From Candidatus Woesearchaeota archaeon (GTDB lineage: Archaea; Nanobdellota; Nanobdellia; Woesearchaeales; GW2011-AR4): DNA of 32,000 bases. Shown here one piece after another: positions 1 to 8,175 of the stretch. How positions within the stretch are numbered: position 1 is the first letter of the stretch; every line of letters starts with the position of its first letter. The notes under the pieces are model-generated. The model ran no database searches and was not told the DNA's origin. It saw only the letters and a program-made list of their open reading frames with translations. Location: positions 65,318-97,317 of the forward strand of contig JACOUX010000012.1 of assembly GCA_016177615.1 (NCBI GenBank). Reading direction: 5' to 3'. A program made the translations under genes and the position numbers.

Positions 1-1047
1 AATGAATGCTTGGCAAGAATAAGGGCAGAAAGCCCGAAAATAGTCTCCAAAGAGATGGGCGTTTTCTACAATCATGTCATGAGCCTGAACAGGGACATAT
101 CAATCCTCCTATTGAATTCCATAAACAAAAGTGATATGCAGATAGCAGACCCTTTGGCTGCAAGCGGCGTAAGAAGCATAAGATTCCTTAAAGAGCTAAA
201 GAAAGGCAAGTTGAAAAAAATATTCATCAATGACCATAATAAAGCTGCTGTCAGATCAATAAAAGAAAATTTATCTTTGAATAATATAAATGTTAAAAAT
301 AATAAAATTGAAATAAAAGACCAGGATGCAAACCTGTTTTTGCTAAACTCAAAAGGGTTTGACTACATTGATATAGACCCATTTGGGAGCCCGAATTTCC
401 TCCTTAACAATGCCATTGTCAGGCTTGCCAGGAACGGGATTCTTGCTGTGACTGCGACAGACACTTCTGCCTTGTGCGGCACTTTTCCAAATGCCTGCGT
501 CAGAAAATACTGGGCTGTTCCGAAAAAAGGCGCATTGATGCACGAAATCGGGCTGAGAATCCTTATCAGGAAAGTCCAGCTGGTTGCCGCGCAGTTTGAC
601 AAGGCGCTGGTGCCGATATTCTCCTATGCAAAGGAGCACTACATGAGGGTTTTTTTGAAAAATAACAAGGGAAAAAATAAGGCTGATGAAATCCTAAAAC
701 TGCATGGAATGCTTGGCGATGCGGGCCCTATGTGGCTCGGCAGATTGTGGTATGATAAATTGGCATCGGAAATCTGCAGCCAAGCATTAAAAAATGAGCT
801 TTTTAATAAGGACAAAGAGTTGATAAAATTCCTGAAAATAATAAAAGAAGAGTCAAAAATAGATGCAGTCGGGTTCTATGATGCCCATGATATATGCGAA
901 AAAAATAAAATAGGAAATCTTCAAAAAAAATCAGCCATTATTGAGGGGATAAGGAAATTGAGGTATTCTGCAAGCGAAACTCATTTCAAAGGAGAGGGGA
1001 TAAGGAGCAATATCCCATATCAAAAGCTTTTAAGGATTATGAAATGA
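1..1047 (+). CDS. trm1: tRNA (guanine(26)-N2)-dimethyltransferase Trm1, probably 5'-truncated by the window edge (frame is open back to nt 1; the track start at nt 10 is a TTG)
   Basis: 345-aa ORF with Trm1-typical segments FYNHVMSLNRD, DPLAASGVRSIRF and IDIDPFGSPNFLL (SAM-methyltransferase core). Confidence 0.85.
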   Translation, partial: NECLARIRAESPKIVSKEMGVFYNHVMSLNRDISILLLNSINKSDMQIADPLAASGVRSIRFLKELKKGKLKKIFINDHNKAAVRSIKENLSLNNINVKNNKIEIKDQDANLFLLNSKGFDYIDIDPFGSPNFLLNNAIVRLARNGILAVTATDTSALCGTFPNACVRKYWAVPKKGALMHEIGLRILIRKVQLVAAQFDKALVPIFSYAKEHYMRVFLKNNKGKNKADEILKLHGMLGDAGPMWLGRLWYDKLASEICSQALKNELFNKDKELIKFLKIIKEESKIDAVGFYDAHDICEKNKIGNLQKKSAIIEGIRKLRYSASETHFKGEGIRSNIPYQKLLRIMK

Positions 1048-1111
1048 TCAAGATTTTTCATTGTAATTTGCTTATTAGGAAATAATAGAGATATAGAGAA
1101 CTTCGAAAAAG
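1048..1111. terminator. Convergent intergenic spacer with oligo-T tracts on both strands (archaeal-type termination signals)
   Basis: TTTTT at 1054-1058, 7 nt after the trm1 stop. AAAAA at 1106-1110 is T5 on the minus strand, immediately after the DRG stop (1112-1114). Confidence 0.4.
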
Positions 1112-2245
1112 CTATTTCAGATGTATCTCCACAACATCATTGTCCTGCAAAACATGGTCGAGCCTCCTTACAGGCATTGCGGGAAACTTTGCTGACTTCC
1201 CCCAGAGCCTGGCAAACTTGAACTTTGAAGCGAAATCCTTGTGCAGCTTCAGGCACATGTCTTTCATAGTGCCCCCGTTTCTCATTATCAGAGGTATTTC
1301 CTTATCTGCCCTTTTTCCGGATTCCTTGCAGAACACCCTCATAAATCCAAGCTTCTGGAAGATAAGCTCTTTAAGCTTCTCTGTGTTTACCTTGCGCTCT
1401 GCTGAAACGCATATGTCCGGGTTAACTATTGACTTTACCCTTTCAAGCTCTTTTTCATCAACCATGTCTATCTTATTCAGGACTATTATTCCAGGCACAT
1501 ACCTCTTGTTTCCCTCTATTGCATCAATAAGCTGGTCGTCATTAATGTCCTCCCTTATAACAACGCTGGAATTTTCCAGCCTGAACTCCTTCAGGATTGC
1601 CTTTATTGTGTCTTCATTTATTTTTGTAAGCCTGACAGTATATCCAATATCTATTCCTCCTTTCATCTTCTTGCTTATCTTCACCTGAGGCGGCTTTTGG
1701 TTTAGCCTCAAGCCAGTCTCAAATATTTCTTTTTCTACAACTTCGAGGTGTTCCGGGCTGAAGACATCAAGCAGTATTATCACCAAATCAGCGCTCTGTG
1801 CGCAGGCAAGAACTTCTTTGCCCCTTCCTCTTCCTGTTGCAGCGCCTTCAACTATTCCGGGAACGTCAAGAACCTGTATCTTTGCATGATTTATTTCCAA
1901 CAAGCCTGGAATGCATGTTAATGTTGTGAACGCATAAGCGCCAACAGGGGAGTTTGCGTTTGTAATTGCATTAAGCAAAGTGGATTTTCCCACTGACGGA
2001 AAGCCGACCATTATAGCTGTTGCATCGCCTGTCCTTCTTACGCTGAATCCCTGGCCTCCGCCTTTTGACGCGGCTTTTCTTTGGTAATCCTCCTTCAGCT
2101 TTGCAAGTTTGGCTTTTACCAAGCCTATGTGTCCTTGGGTTTTCTTGTTGTATTTCGTAGTTGAAAGCTCTTCTTCCAGCTCGTTTACTTTTCTGTCATA
2201 AGAGGATTCGTGCTTTTTCGCGTCTTTGAGATTAAGCTGCTGCAT
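1112..2245 (-). CDS. DRG-family (OBG/HflX-like) GTP-binding protein with C-terminal TGS domain
   Basis: G1 GFPSVGKSTLLNAIT, G3 DVPGIVEGA, G4 LNKIDMV. N-terminal KAKLAKLKED helix and C-terminal TGS-like IPLIMRNGGTMKDMCLKLHKDF...ARLWG. Confidence 0.9.
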   Translation of the reverse strand: MQQLNLKDAKKHESSYDRKVNELEEELSTTKYNKKTQGHIGLVKAKLAKLKEDYQRKAASKGGGQGFSVRRTGDATAIMVGFPSVGKSTLLNAITNANSPVGAYAFTTLTCIPGLLEINHAKIQVLDVPGIVEGAATGRGRGKEVLACAQSADLVIILLDVFSPEHLEVVEKEIFETGLRLNQKPPQVKISKKMKGGIDIGYTVRLTKINEDTIKAILKEFRLENSSVVIREDINDDQLIDAIEGNKRYVPGIIVLNKIDMVDEKELERVKSIVNPDICVSAERKVNTEKLKELIFQKLGFMRVFCKESGKRADKEIPLIMRNGGTMKDMCLKLHKDFASKFKFARLWGKSAKFPAMPVRRLDHVLQDNDVVEIHLK

Positions 2246-2335
2246 AACGATAAAGTTAAGGAAAAGTGTATAAAAAGGTTTGTGGTTGGCGTTTGACGGG
2301 AAAGTTTTATTAACACACTATTATTTTTTAATTAA
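2246..2335. promoter_or_regulatory. Divergent promoter region between the DRG gene and the nuclease-like ORF
   Basis: AT-rich spacer with TATA-like strings (gttttattaac, ttttttaattaa) just upstream of the ATG at 2336. No experimental support. Confidence 0.3.
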
Positions 2336-3427
2336 ATGTCAATTATCATTTCAAAAAATGGAAGAGAAGCGAAAAGAATCGATAAATCGGATTTTGGTCA
2401 AGAGGACAAACTTCAAAAGTATATTTATGATAATCCTGAAAGCATACCTCTTTACAATATAAAAGAGAATATACGTCTTCTGATTTTGGCGCGCGAAGTT
2501 TCCACAAAAAGCGGACCTATAGATGCTTTGGGTGTGGATAAAGACGGAACTATTTATATCATAGAAACAAAACTTTACAAAAACAGCGACAAGCGTTTAG
2601 TTGTAGCACAAGTACTTGACTATGGGGCTTCAATATGGCATACCTATACGGATTTCAGTGAATTTTTAAGGATTCTAGACCAACATGTAAATAAGCAGTT
2701 TAAAATCAGTTTAAACCAAAAATTAAGCGAATTTTTTAGTATTGATGATGACCAAAGCCAATTGCTTTTAGATAATGTAAAGAAAAATCTCAACACAGGT
2801 AACTTTAAGTTTGTTGTACTAATGGATAAATTGCATGATCAATTAAAAGATTTGATACTTTTCTTAAACCAAAACAGCCAATTTGATATTTTTGCTGTGG
2901 AAATGGAATATTATAAATATCAAGATTATGAAATAATTATTCCTAGGTTATATGGAACTGAGGTTAAGAAAGAAGTAAGTGTATCTTCAAGAACTACTAA
3001 AGTGTGGGACGAAGAAAGTTTTTTTGAACAAGCAAAAAGTATCTTAAATGAAAGCGAACTGGAAATCTTAAAAGATATCTATAACTTTGCTAAAAAAATG
3101 GGAGATGTGACTTTTGGAACAGGAATTACTGCCACATTTAGGATGGAGGAAAAGTCTTTTGAAAAGAACTTGTTCACTATTTTTTCTAGCGGAAGAGCAT
3201 GGGTTGGGGTTGGTTGGATAAGTCAAATAAACCTAGAGGTAGGGAAATGGTTGGCTCATGAAATTGGAAGGATTGGTATTAACATCCCACAAGGTAAAAA
3301 TTTGGAATCTGCTTACCCAGAATTTAACATTATTAGATTAAATCCAGAACAAATAGAAGTGTTTAAGAAAATTTTTGAAAGCATTTGCCAAAAAATGGAA
3401 AATAATAATTTACAACAAACACAATAA
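2336..3427 (+). CDS. Hypothetical protein with an N-terminal NucS/DUF91-like PD-(D/E)XK nuclease fold and an uncharacterised C-terminal domain of about 150 aa
   Basis: Pattern GPIDALGVDKDGTIYIIETKLYKN (D...E-x-K) followed by VVAQVLDYG (Q...Y). This matches the 'GriDlLa.D..G.lvviElK ... Q.l.Y' layout of NucS-like nucleases. The gene is visibly more AT-rich than its flanks. Confidence 0.55.
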   Translation: MSIIISKNGREAKRIDKSDFGQEDKLQKYIYDNPESIPLYNIKENIRLLILAREVSTKSGPIDALGVDKDGTIYIIETKLYKNSDKRLVVAQVLDYGASIWHTYTDFSEFLRILDQHVNKQFKISLNQKLSEFFSIDDDQSQLLLDNVKKNLNTGNFKFVVLMDKLHDQLKDLILFLNQNSQFDIFAVEMEYYKYQDYEIIIPRLYGTEVKKEVSVSSRTTKVWDEESFFEQAKSILNESELEILKDIYNFAKKMGDVTFGTGITATFRMEEKSFEKNLFTIFSSGRAWVGVGWISQINLEVGKWLAHEIGRIGINIPQGKNLESAYPEFNIIRLNPEQIEVFKKIFESICQKMENNNLQQTQ

Positions 3428-3429
3428 AC

Positions 3430-4080
3430 TCACTTCTTCTTCGGAACCTTTTTCCAGTCTTCCAGGAACTTCTTAATCCCGACATCTGTCAATGTATGCT
3501 TAAATAATTGCTCAAAGACAGAATAAGGCATTGTCGCTATCTCTGCGCCTATCTTTGCAGCTTCAAAAACGTGAATCGGGTTTCTTATTGAAGCGACAAG
3601 TATCTGGGTTGTGAACTTGTAATTGTTGTAAATCAGCCTTATGTCTTTGATTAAGTCCATTCCTACTTCACCTATGTCATCTAATCTTCCTACAAAAGGA
3701 CTTACAATGAAAGCTCCTGATTTTGCCGCCAGCAATGCCTGGTTTGCTGAAAACACAAGGGTTACATTGACTTTTATTCCTTTCTTAGTTAGTTTCTGGC
3801 ATGCCTTCATTCCCTCAACTGTCATCGGGACTTTCACGACAATGTTCTTTGCAATCTTTGAGAATTCTATTCCTTCTTTCACCATCCCTTCTGCATCCAG
3901 TGAAACTGTCTCTGCGCTTACAGGACCTTTTATTATTGAGCAGATTTCCTTTAAAACTTCATTGTATTCTCTTCCAGCCTTGGCAGCCAAGGATGGATTG
4001 GTTGTGCAGCCGTCGCATGCAGATGTCTCTGCTGCTCTTTTTATCTCCGAAGTATCCGCGGAATCAATGAAAAGTTGCAT
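3430..4080 (-). CDS. tal: Transaldolase / fructose-6-phosphate aldolase (short TalC/Fsa type)
   Basis: 216 aa with FIDSAD, TTNPSL, Schiff-base lysine context VVKVPMT and SPFVGRLDD. Confidence 0.9.
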   Translation of the reverse strand: MQLFIDSADTSEIKRAAETSACDGCTTNPSLAAKAGREYNEVLKEICSIIKGPVSAETVSLDAEGMVKEGIEFSKIAKNIVVKVPMTVEGMKACQKLTKKGIKVNVTLVFSANQALLAAKSGAFIVSPFVGRLDDIGEVGMDLIKDIRLIYNNYKFTTQILVASIRNPIHVFEAAKIGAEIATMPYSVFEQLFKHTLTDVGIKKFLEDWKKVPKKK

Positions 4081-4121
4081 TTTTTATCACCTTAGTAGTT
4101 CATTTAGAAAAGAATTCTTGT

Positions 4122-4634
4122 TTATAAGATTTGCCCTTTATCCTGATTGCCATGGCTCTTTTTGCATTTGGAATATCCAGTCTGTTTTGGGCACTCACCA
4201 GAGTCTATATAGCCCCTCATCTTCCCCATTGTTTTTATTAAAAATATTTTCTTTTCTTCGGTATAAGGGATATAAAAAGGATTTCCATTTCGGTACTGCA
4301 AAAACCCATACCTTGGTTTTGTGCCTTTGGTTTCTTCTATAAGCAAACAGTAGGAAATTAGTTGCATCACATGGGAAGGATATGGTTGATGGGGTTTCCT
4401 TGAGTGTTTTATTTCCAAAGGCAGAAGACCATCTTTTGTATGTAATATAAAATCTGGTTTCCCGACAAGCCCGTATTTTGAAGAAAAAAGAGCTTCTATG
4501 GGCTTTTCCTTATGGTCAAAATAAACTGATTTATTTTTATAAACTTGGGTTGGGACTCTTGTTAATCGCAGTAATAAAAATAAAATTAATAATATTGCGC
4601 CAGCCCCTACAATCAGTATATCAATAGTGTTCAT
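4122..4634 (-). CDS. Cas4/DUF83-like PD-(D/E)XK nuclease with an N-terminal transmembrane helix
   Basis: TM segment IDILIVGAGAILLILFLLLRL, then GKPDFIL (motif II D), LPLEIKHS (E-x-K) and QLISYCLL (QhxxY). The C-terminal tail has only two Cys (ECPKQTGYSKC). The ATGA start/stop overlap with the upstream orf78 sits at 4631-4634. Confidence 0.6.
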   Translation of the reverse strand: MNTIDILIVGAGAILLILFLLLRLTRVPTQVYKNKSVYFDHKEKPIEALFSSKYGLVGKPDFILHTKDGLLPLEIKHSRKPHQPYPSHVMQLISYCLLIEETKGTKPRYGFLQYRNGNPFYIPYTEEKKIFLIKTMGKMRGYIDSGECPKQTGYSKCKKSHGNQDKGQIL

Positions 4635-4867
4635 CTTAAAAATCTATAAATAATTAGAGTTGCAATTATGAAGATTGTAATTCTTATACAAAAATAGATA
4701 GTTCTGGCCTTTGATTGGTTTCTTGCGATATCCTGATGGAACGCCTCCCCCTTGCTTATTGCAGGAGTTACTTTAACCCCAGTAGTTCTTTCAGTCCACC
4801 AGCAAACGGGGCAGAAAATATAAGATGCTATCTCACTTGATTTTATTGTTTTCAAAGATATTGTCAT
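4631..4867 (-). CDS. Small protein resembling the N-terminal Cys-containing helix of Cas4, followed by a C-terminal transmembrane helix
   Basis: SSEIASYIFCPVCWW...GEAFHQDIA resembles the Cas4 N-terminal segment (s..l..y..CPr..w ... G..H). It is followed by the hydrophobic IYFCIRITIFIIATLIIYRFL. It appears translationally coupled to the Cas4-like core gene. Confidence 0.45.
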   Translation of the reverse strand: MTISLKTIKSSEIASYIFCPVCWWTERTTGVKVTPAISKGEAFHQDIARNQSKARTIYFCIRITIFIIATLIIYRFLR

Positions 4868-4880
4868 TTTAGGTTGCCAA

Positions 4881-5315
4881 TCAAACGCTCACCAGCACAG
4901 CCCCTATTACAATCATCACAGCGCCTGAAATCACTCTCCACATCTGAGAAACATCAGGAATCTCCTTAAGGAAAATTATTCCCAGCACTACAGCAATCAA
5001 GGTATTAGTGTTATATATTGGCGCAAGCCTTGCAACATCTGCCTTTTGCGCAATGGCAACTGCAACTGCAATAAATCCAACAGCCCATATTATCCCTGAA
5101 ACAAACAGCAGGCTGCTTGACTTCCATTCAAACTGAACATTCGGCTTGAAGAGCAAAAAAGCCGCGTAAGTTAAAACAATGCCGAGCGCAAAGACAAAGG
5201 CAGCATAATAAGGAGTGGAGCTGCTTTTCTGGTAGGCATATTTGTAGATGATTGTCTGTATTCCAAAGCAGAAAGATGCTATCAACCCGTAAATGACCCA
5301 GTTTTCCATTTTCAT
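4881..5315 (-). CDS. Half-size EamA/DMT-superfamily membrane transporter (about 5 TM helices)
   Basis: 144 aa, almost entirely hydrophobic helices, with the EamA-like ending LKEIPDVSQMWRVISGAVMIVIGAVLV. The start overlaps the tktC stop (ATGA, 5312-5315). Confidence 0.65.
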   Translation of the reverse strand: MKMENWVIYGLIASFCFGIQTIIYKYAYQKSSSTPYYAAFVFALGIVLTYAAFLLFKPNVQFEWKSSSLLFVSGIIWAVGFIAVAVAIAQKADVARLAPIYNTNTLIAVVLGIIFLKEIPDVSQMWRVISGAVMIVIGAVLVSV

Positions 5316-6253
5316 TTCTTCTTGACGAACTTCATCGCTTCTTCAGCTATAGATTCTGCGTCCAGCCCATATTTTTTGTACAATTCTTCAGGCTTTCCAG
5401 ACTCTCCAAATTTATCCTGCATTCCGATTCTTTTCATAATGCAAGGATAATTCTCCCCTAATACTTCTGCAACAGCGCTTCCCAATCCGCCAATCACATT
5501 GTGATCTTCTGCTGTTATTACACAATTTGTTTTCCTTGCCAGCTCAATTATTAATTTTTCATCAATCGGCTTTATGGTATGGATATTGGCAACATAAGCA
5601 TCTATATTTTCATTTTTTAGGATTGCGGCAGCTTTCAGGGATTCGTGAACCATAGTCCCAGACGCAAATATGGCTGCGTCTTTTCCCTGCCTCAAAACTT
5701 CTCCTTTTCCCATTTCAAATTTATAGTCTGAACCGTGAATGACCGGAAATGCCGTCCTGTGCACCCTCATATAAGAAGGCCCGTGATAGCCAGCAAGGGC
5801 AAAGACCATTTTCTCGCATTCAACTGCATCAGATGGCTGCAGCACGACCATATTTGGCAAAGACCTGTATATTGCAATGTCCTCGATTGCCTGAGCTGAC
5901 TTGCCATCTTCTCCTGTTGTTATGCCGGCATGGCTTCCTGTAATCTTAACGTTAAGCTTGTTTCTTGCAACAACATTCCTCACGAATTCAAATGCCCTCT
6001 CACTGAAAATTGCGAATGTGCTTGCATATGGAATCTTTCCTGAAACAGAAAGTCCAGCAGCAATCCCTATCATATCCTGCTCCGCTATTCCAGCTGTAAA
6101 AAACCTTTCAGGAAACTGCTTTCCAAAATGCTCTGCCTTTGTAGAATCTCCAAGATCGGCATCTACGACGACAACATTAGGGTTTATCTTTCCAAGGTCG
6201 AGCAGCGCTTTTCCGTAGCCTTCCCTTGTTGCTATTTTTTGGCTTGTTTCCAT
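5312..6253 (-). CDS. Transketolase, C-terminal (pyrimidine-binding) subunit. Start placed at the METSQK methionine rather than the track's 6319
   Basis: TREGYGKALLDLG, AEQDMIGIAAGLS and the C-terminal transketolase domain. The first 22 codons of the track ORF overlap the upstream subunit and look non-native. Confidence 0.9.
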   Translation of the reverse strand: METSQKIATREGYGKALLDLGKINPNVVVVDADLGDSTKAEHFGKQFPERFFTAGIAEQDMIGIAAGLSVSGKIPYASTFAIFSERAFEFVRNVVARNKLNVKITGSHAGITTGEDGKSAQAIEDIAIYRSLPNMVVLQPSDAVECEKMVFALAGYHGPSYMRVHRTAFPVIHGSDYKFEMGKGEVLRQGKDAAIFASGTMVHESLKAAAILKNENIDAYVANIHTIKPIDEKLIIELARKTNCVITAEDHNVIGGLGSAVAEVLGENYPCIMKRIGMQDKFGESGKPEELYKKYGLDAESIAEEAMKFVKKK

Positions 6254-6254
6254 T

Positions 6255-7100
6255 TTATTTAAACTTCTTAACATCAATCTTTTCAATCTCTTCCATTGCC
6301 TTTTTGTATTCTTCCTCATTCGGCGCTTTGCCGTGGAACTTGTAATTTAATTCCATGAACGAAACTCCTTTGCCCTTTATAGTGTTTGAAACTATCATTG
6401 TCGGCTTTCCGTTTCTATTCTTGGACGATTTATCTAAAGCGCCAACAATCTGCCCCATATCATGACCATTGATTTCAATCACGTTCCATCCAAACGCTTT
6501 CCATTTACCAACAACATCGCCAATGTCCATAACATCTTTCGTCTTTCCTGTTTCCTGAACCTGGTTTTTGTCAAGAATTGCAATAAGATTGTCCAATTTA
6601 TGAAATGCTGCTGCCATTGAAGCTTCCCATATTGCGCCTTCCTGTGACTCGCCATCCCCTATCATTGCATACACTCTGGAATTTTTCTTGTCCAATTTTA
6701 ATGCCAGTGCAATTCCAACCGCAAAACTTAATCCCTGTCCCAGTGAGCCTCCTGCAAAGTCAATTCCTGGCGTGCTTAATTCAGGATGGCCTTGGAGCAT
6801 CCTGTTTATTTTTCTGAACCCGTCAAGCTCTGATTTTGGGAAGTATCCTTTGTCAGCAAGAACAACATATAATCCCGGGCTTGCATGCCCCTTGCTCAGA
6901 ATAAATCTGTCCCTGTCTTCCCATTTTGGATTTTTAGGATCAATTTTCAGCCTGTGGAAATAAAGGGCAGTGAGCATGTCAATTTCGCTTAATGACCCTC
7001 CTGGATGCCCAGACTGCGCTTTGAAGACTAAGTCAATTATTTCCTTCCTGAAACCCTTAGCTTTCTGCTTCAATTCATGGATTAAATCCTTCTTCGGCAT
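6255..7100 (-). CDS. Transketolase, N-terminal (TPP-binding) subunit
   Basis: SGHPGGSLS and the GDGESQEGAIWEA thiamine-diphosphate motif. The split two-gene transketolase arrangement is common in archaea. Confidence 0.9.
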   Translation of the reverse strand: MPKKDLIHELKQKAKGFRKEIIDLVFKAQSGHPGGSLSEIDMLTALYFHRLKIDPKNPKWEDRDRFILSKGHASPGLYVVLADKGYFPKSELDGFRKINRMLQGHPELSTPGIDFAGGSLGQGLSFAVGIALALKLDKKNSRVYAMIGDGESQEGAIWEASMAAAFHKLDNLIAILDKNQVQETGKTKDVMDIGDVVGKWKAFGWNVIEINGHDMGQIVGALDKSSKNRNGKPTMIVSNTIKGKGVSFMELNYKFHGKAPNEEEYKKAMEEIEKIDVKKFK

Positions 7101-7164
7101 TTTGGATTGTATAGAATATATTGCTTTTTATATCTTTGGTTAAAAATAATAAAAAATAGAAGAA

Positions 7165-7983
7165 TTATCTCTTTACAACTTCTGCTGCAGGCTTCATTCC
7201 TTTCCAGGCAAGCTCGAACAGGTTTTCAAGGGCGCTTGCAAAGAATGGCGTGTTAACCCAGATGCCAACATCATAGGTCGGATGGACTTCATTGTCATCC
7301 AAGACCATAAAAATGATTTCTTTGCCGTCCACAATGCAGAACCTTGCCTTGTTGTCTGTGTGCCTTACTTCAACAAGCCCCTGGACATCCTTCAATGCAG
7401 ACACTGCCTCTTTTGTGATTGGAGCTGCGATCCTTATCTTGACTCCTCTCTTTTTCAGTTTCTCGAATGTAGGCTTAAGGCCCTCCATTTTCCTTATGAA
7501 CCCTTGCGCAGTCGTCATCAAAGTGACGCTTTCCTCTGCATTCCTTATCGTCAGCTCAAGGTGGTTGTATAAATTATGCCTTCCCCTTAAAGACCCTGAT
7601 AAGTCTGCCGGCTCTACAAGCTCAACTCCTTGTGTGTGCAAAGTGCTTAGCTCATCGATGATTTCGGTGTTTTTCAAATCGCTTAATTTCTTGATCTCGT
7701 CCTTTGCGTATTCCTGAACATTTTTCTTGACTCTCTCGACAACCTCCTTTGGAGGGACTGCGATATACTTGATTGGCTTGCCAAGTTTCATTATTACAAA
7801 CCCCTTCTTCTCCAAAGATTCCAGAACGTCGTAGCTTCTTGACCTGGGAACATTTGCTATGTCGCTTAATTCCCCTGCCGTGGAAACACCCCTGCTCAAA
7901 AGAGCAGTCCATATCTTAACTTCGTACAGGTTCAATGAAAAAAACCTTCTCAATTTGCTCAAAAATTCTTCTTTAACTATCAT
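7165..7983 (-). CDS. trmB: TrmB-family sugar-responsive transcriptional regulator. Start placed at MIVKEEF (nt 7983) rather than the track's 8028
   Basis: N-terminal wHTH LNLYEVKIWTALLSRGVSTAGELSDIANVPRSRSYDVLESLEKKGFV plus a TrmB-like C-terminal effector domain. Confidence 0.85.
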   Translation of the reverse strand: MIVKEEFLSKLRRFFSLNLYEVKIWTALLSRGVSTAGELSDIANVPRSRSYDVLESLEKKGFVIMKLGKPIKYIAVPPKEVVERVKKNVQEYAKDEIKKLSDLKNTEIIDELSTLHTQGVELVEPADLSGSLRGRHNLYNHLELTIRNAEESVTLMTTAQGFIRKMEGLKPTFEKLKKRGVKIRIAAPITKEAVSALKDVQGLVEVRHTDNKARFCIVDGKEIIFMVLDDNEVHPTYDVGIWVNTPFFASALENLFELAWKGMKPAAEVVKR

Positions 7984-7994
7984 GCAAACACACC

Positions 7995-8017
7995 CCCCTT
8001 TTATTATTGAAAAGGGG
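7995..8017. promoter_or_regulatory. Perfect 8-bp inverted repeat (ccccttttN7aaaagggg) 12 nt upstream of the trmB start; candidate operator or 5' hairpin
   Basis: Read directly: cccctttt at 7995-8002, 7-nt loop attattg, aaaagggg at 8010-8017. A T-rich TATA-like run on the minus strand lies just beyond it (about 8017-8026). Confidence 0.35.
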
Positions 8018-8149
8018 ATAAAAATCACTACTATTAAAATGTTGTTATTTTTTATCAGTAAGTGGTAATTCCATTACGAAATGGCACCATCTTATTATAA
8101 CTGACTAGTTAGAACAATATAATAAGTGCTGATATTTAAATGTTTTGGG

Positions 8150-8175
8150 AAAAATTGGAAAAATAGGCGTATTTG
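8150..8175 (-). terminator. Oligo-T termination signals downstream of acs
   Basis: A5 runs on the plus strand at 8150-8154 and 8159-8163. These are T5 tracts on the minus strand, 13-26 nt after the acs TAG (8176-8178). Confidence 0.35.

Noticed and set aside
1140-1688. 182-aa plus-strand ORF inside the DRG GTPase gene
   Set aside because: It is antisense to a strongly motif-supported gene, and its S/L/F-rich low-complexity translation is typical of a shadow ORF.
3641-4342. 233-aa plus-strand ORF spanning tal and the Cas4-like gene
   Set aside because: It is a shadow ORF opposite two better-supported minus-strand genes, crosses their intergenic spacer, and has no recognisable motifs.
6254-6319. 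22-codon N-terminal extension of the transketolase C-subunit ORF
   Set aside because: It overlaps the 3' end of the N-subunit gene, and the family-typical N-terminus begins at METSQK (6253). Similar over-long track starts were trimmed for trmB (7984-8028), the Yip1-like gene (18236-18349) and radB (18276-18317).
8040-8149. Possible small RNA in the 190-nt spacer between acs and trmB (small hairpin ccattacgaaatgg)
   Set aside because: It has only a 5-bp stem and no conserved-looking structure. The spacer is adequately explained by the acs terminator plus the trmB promoter.
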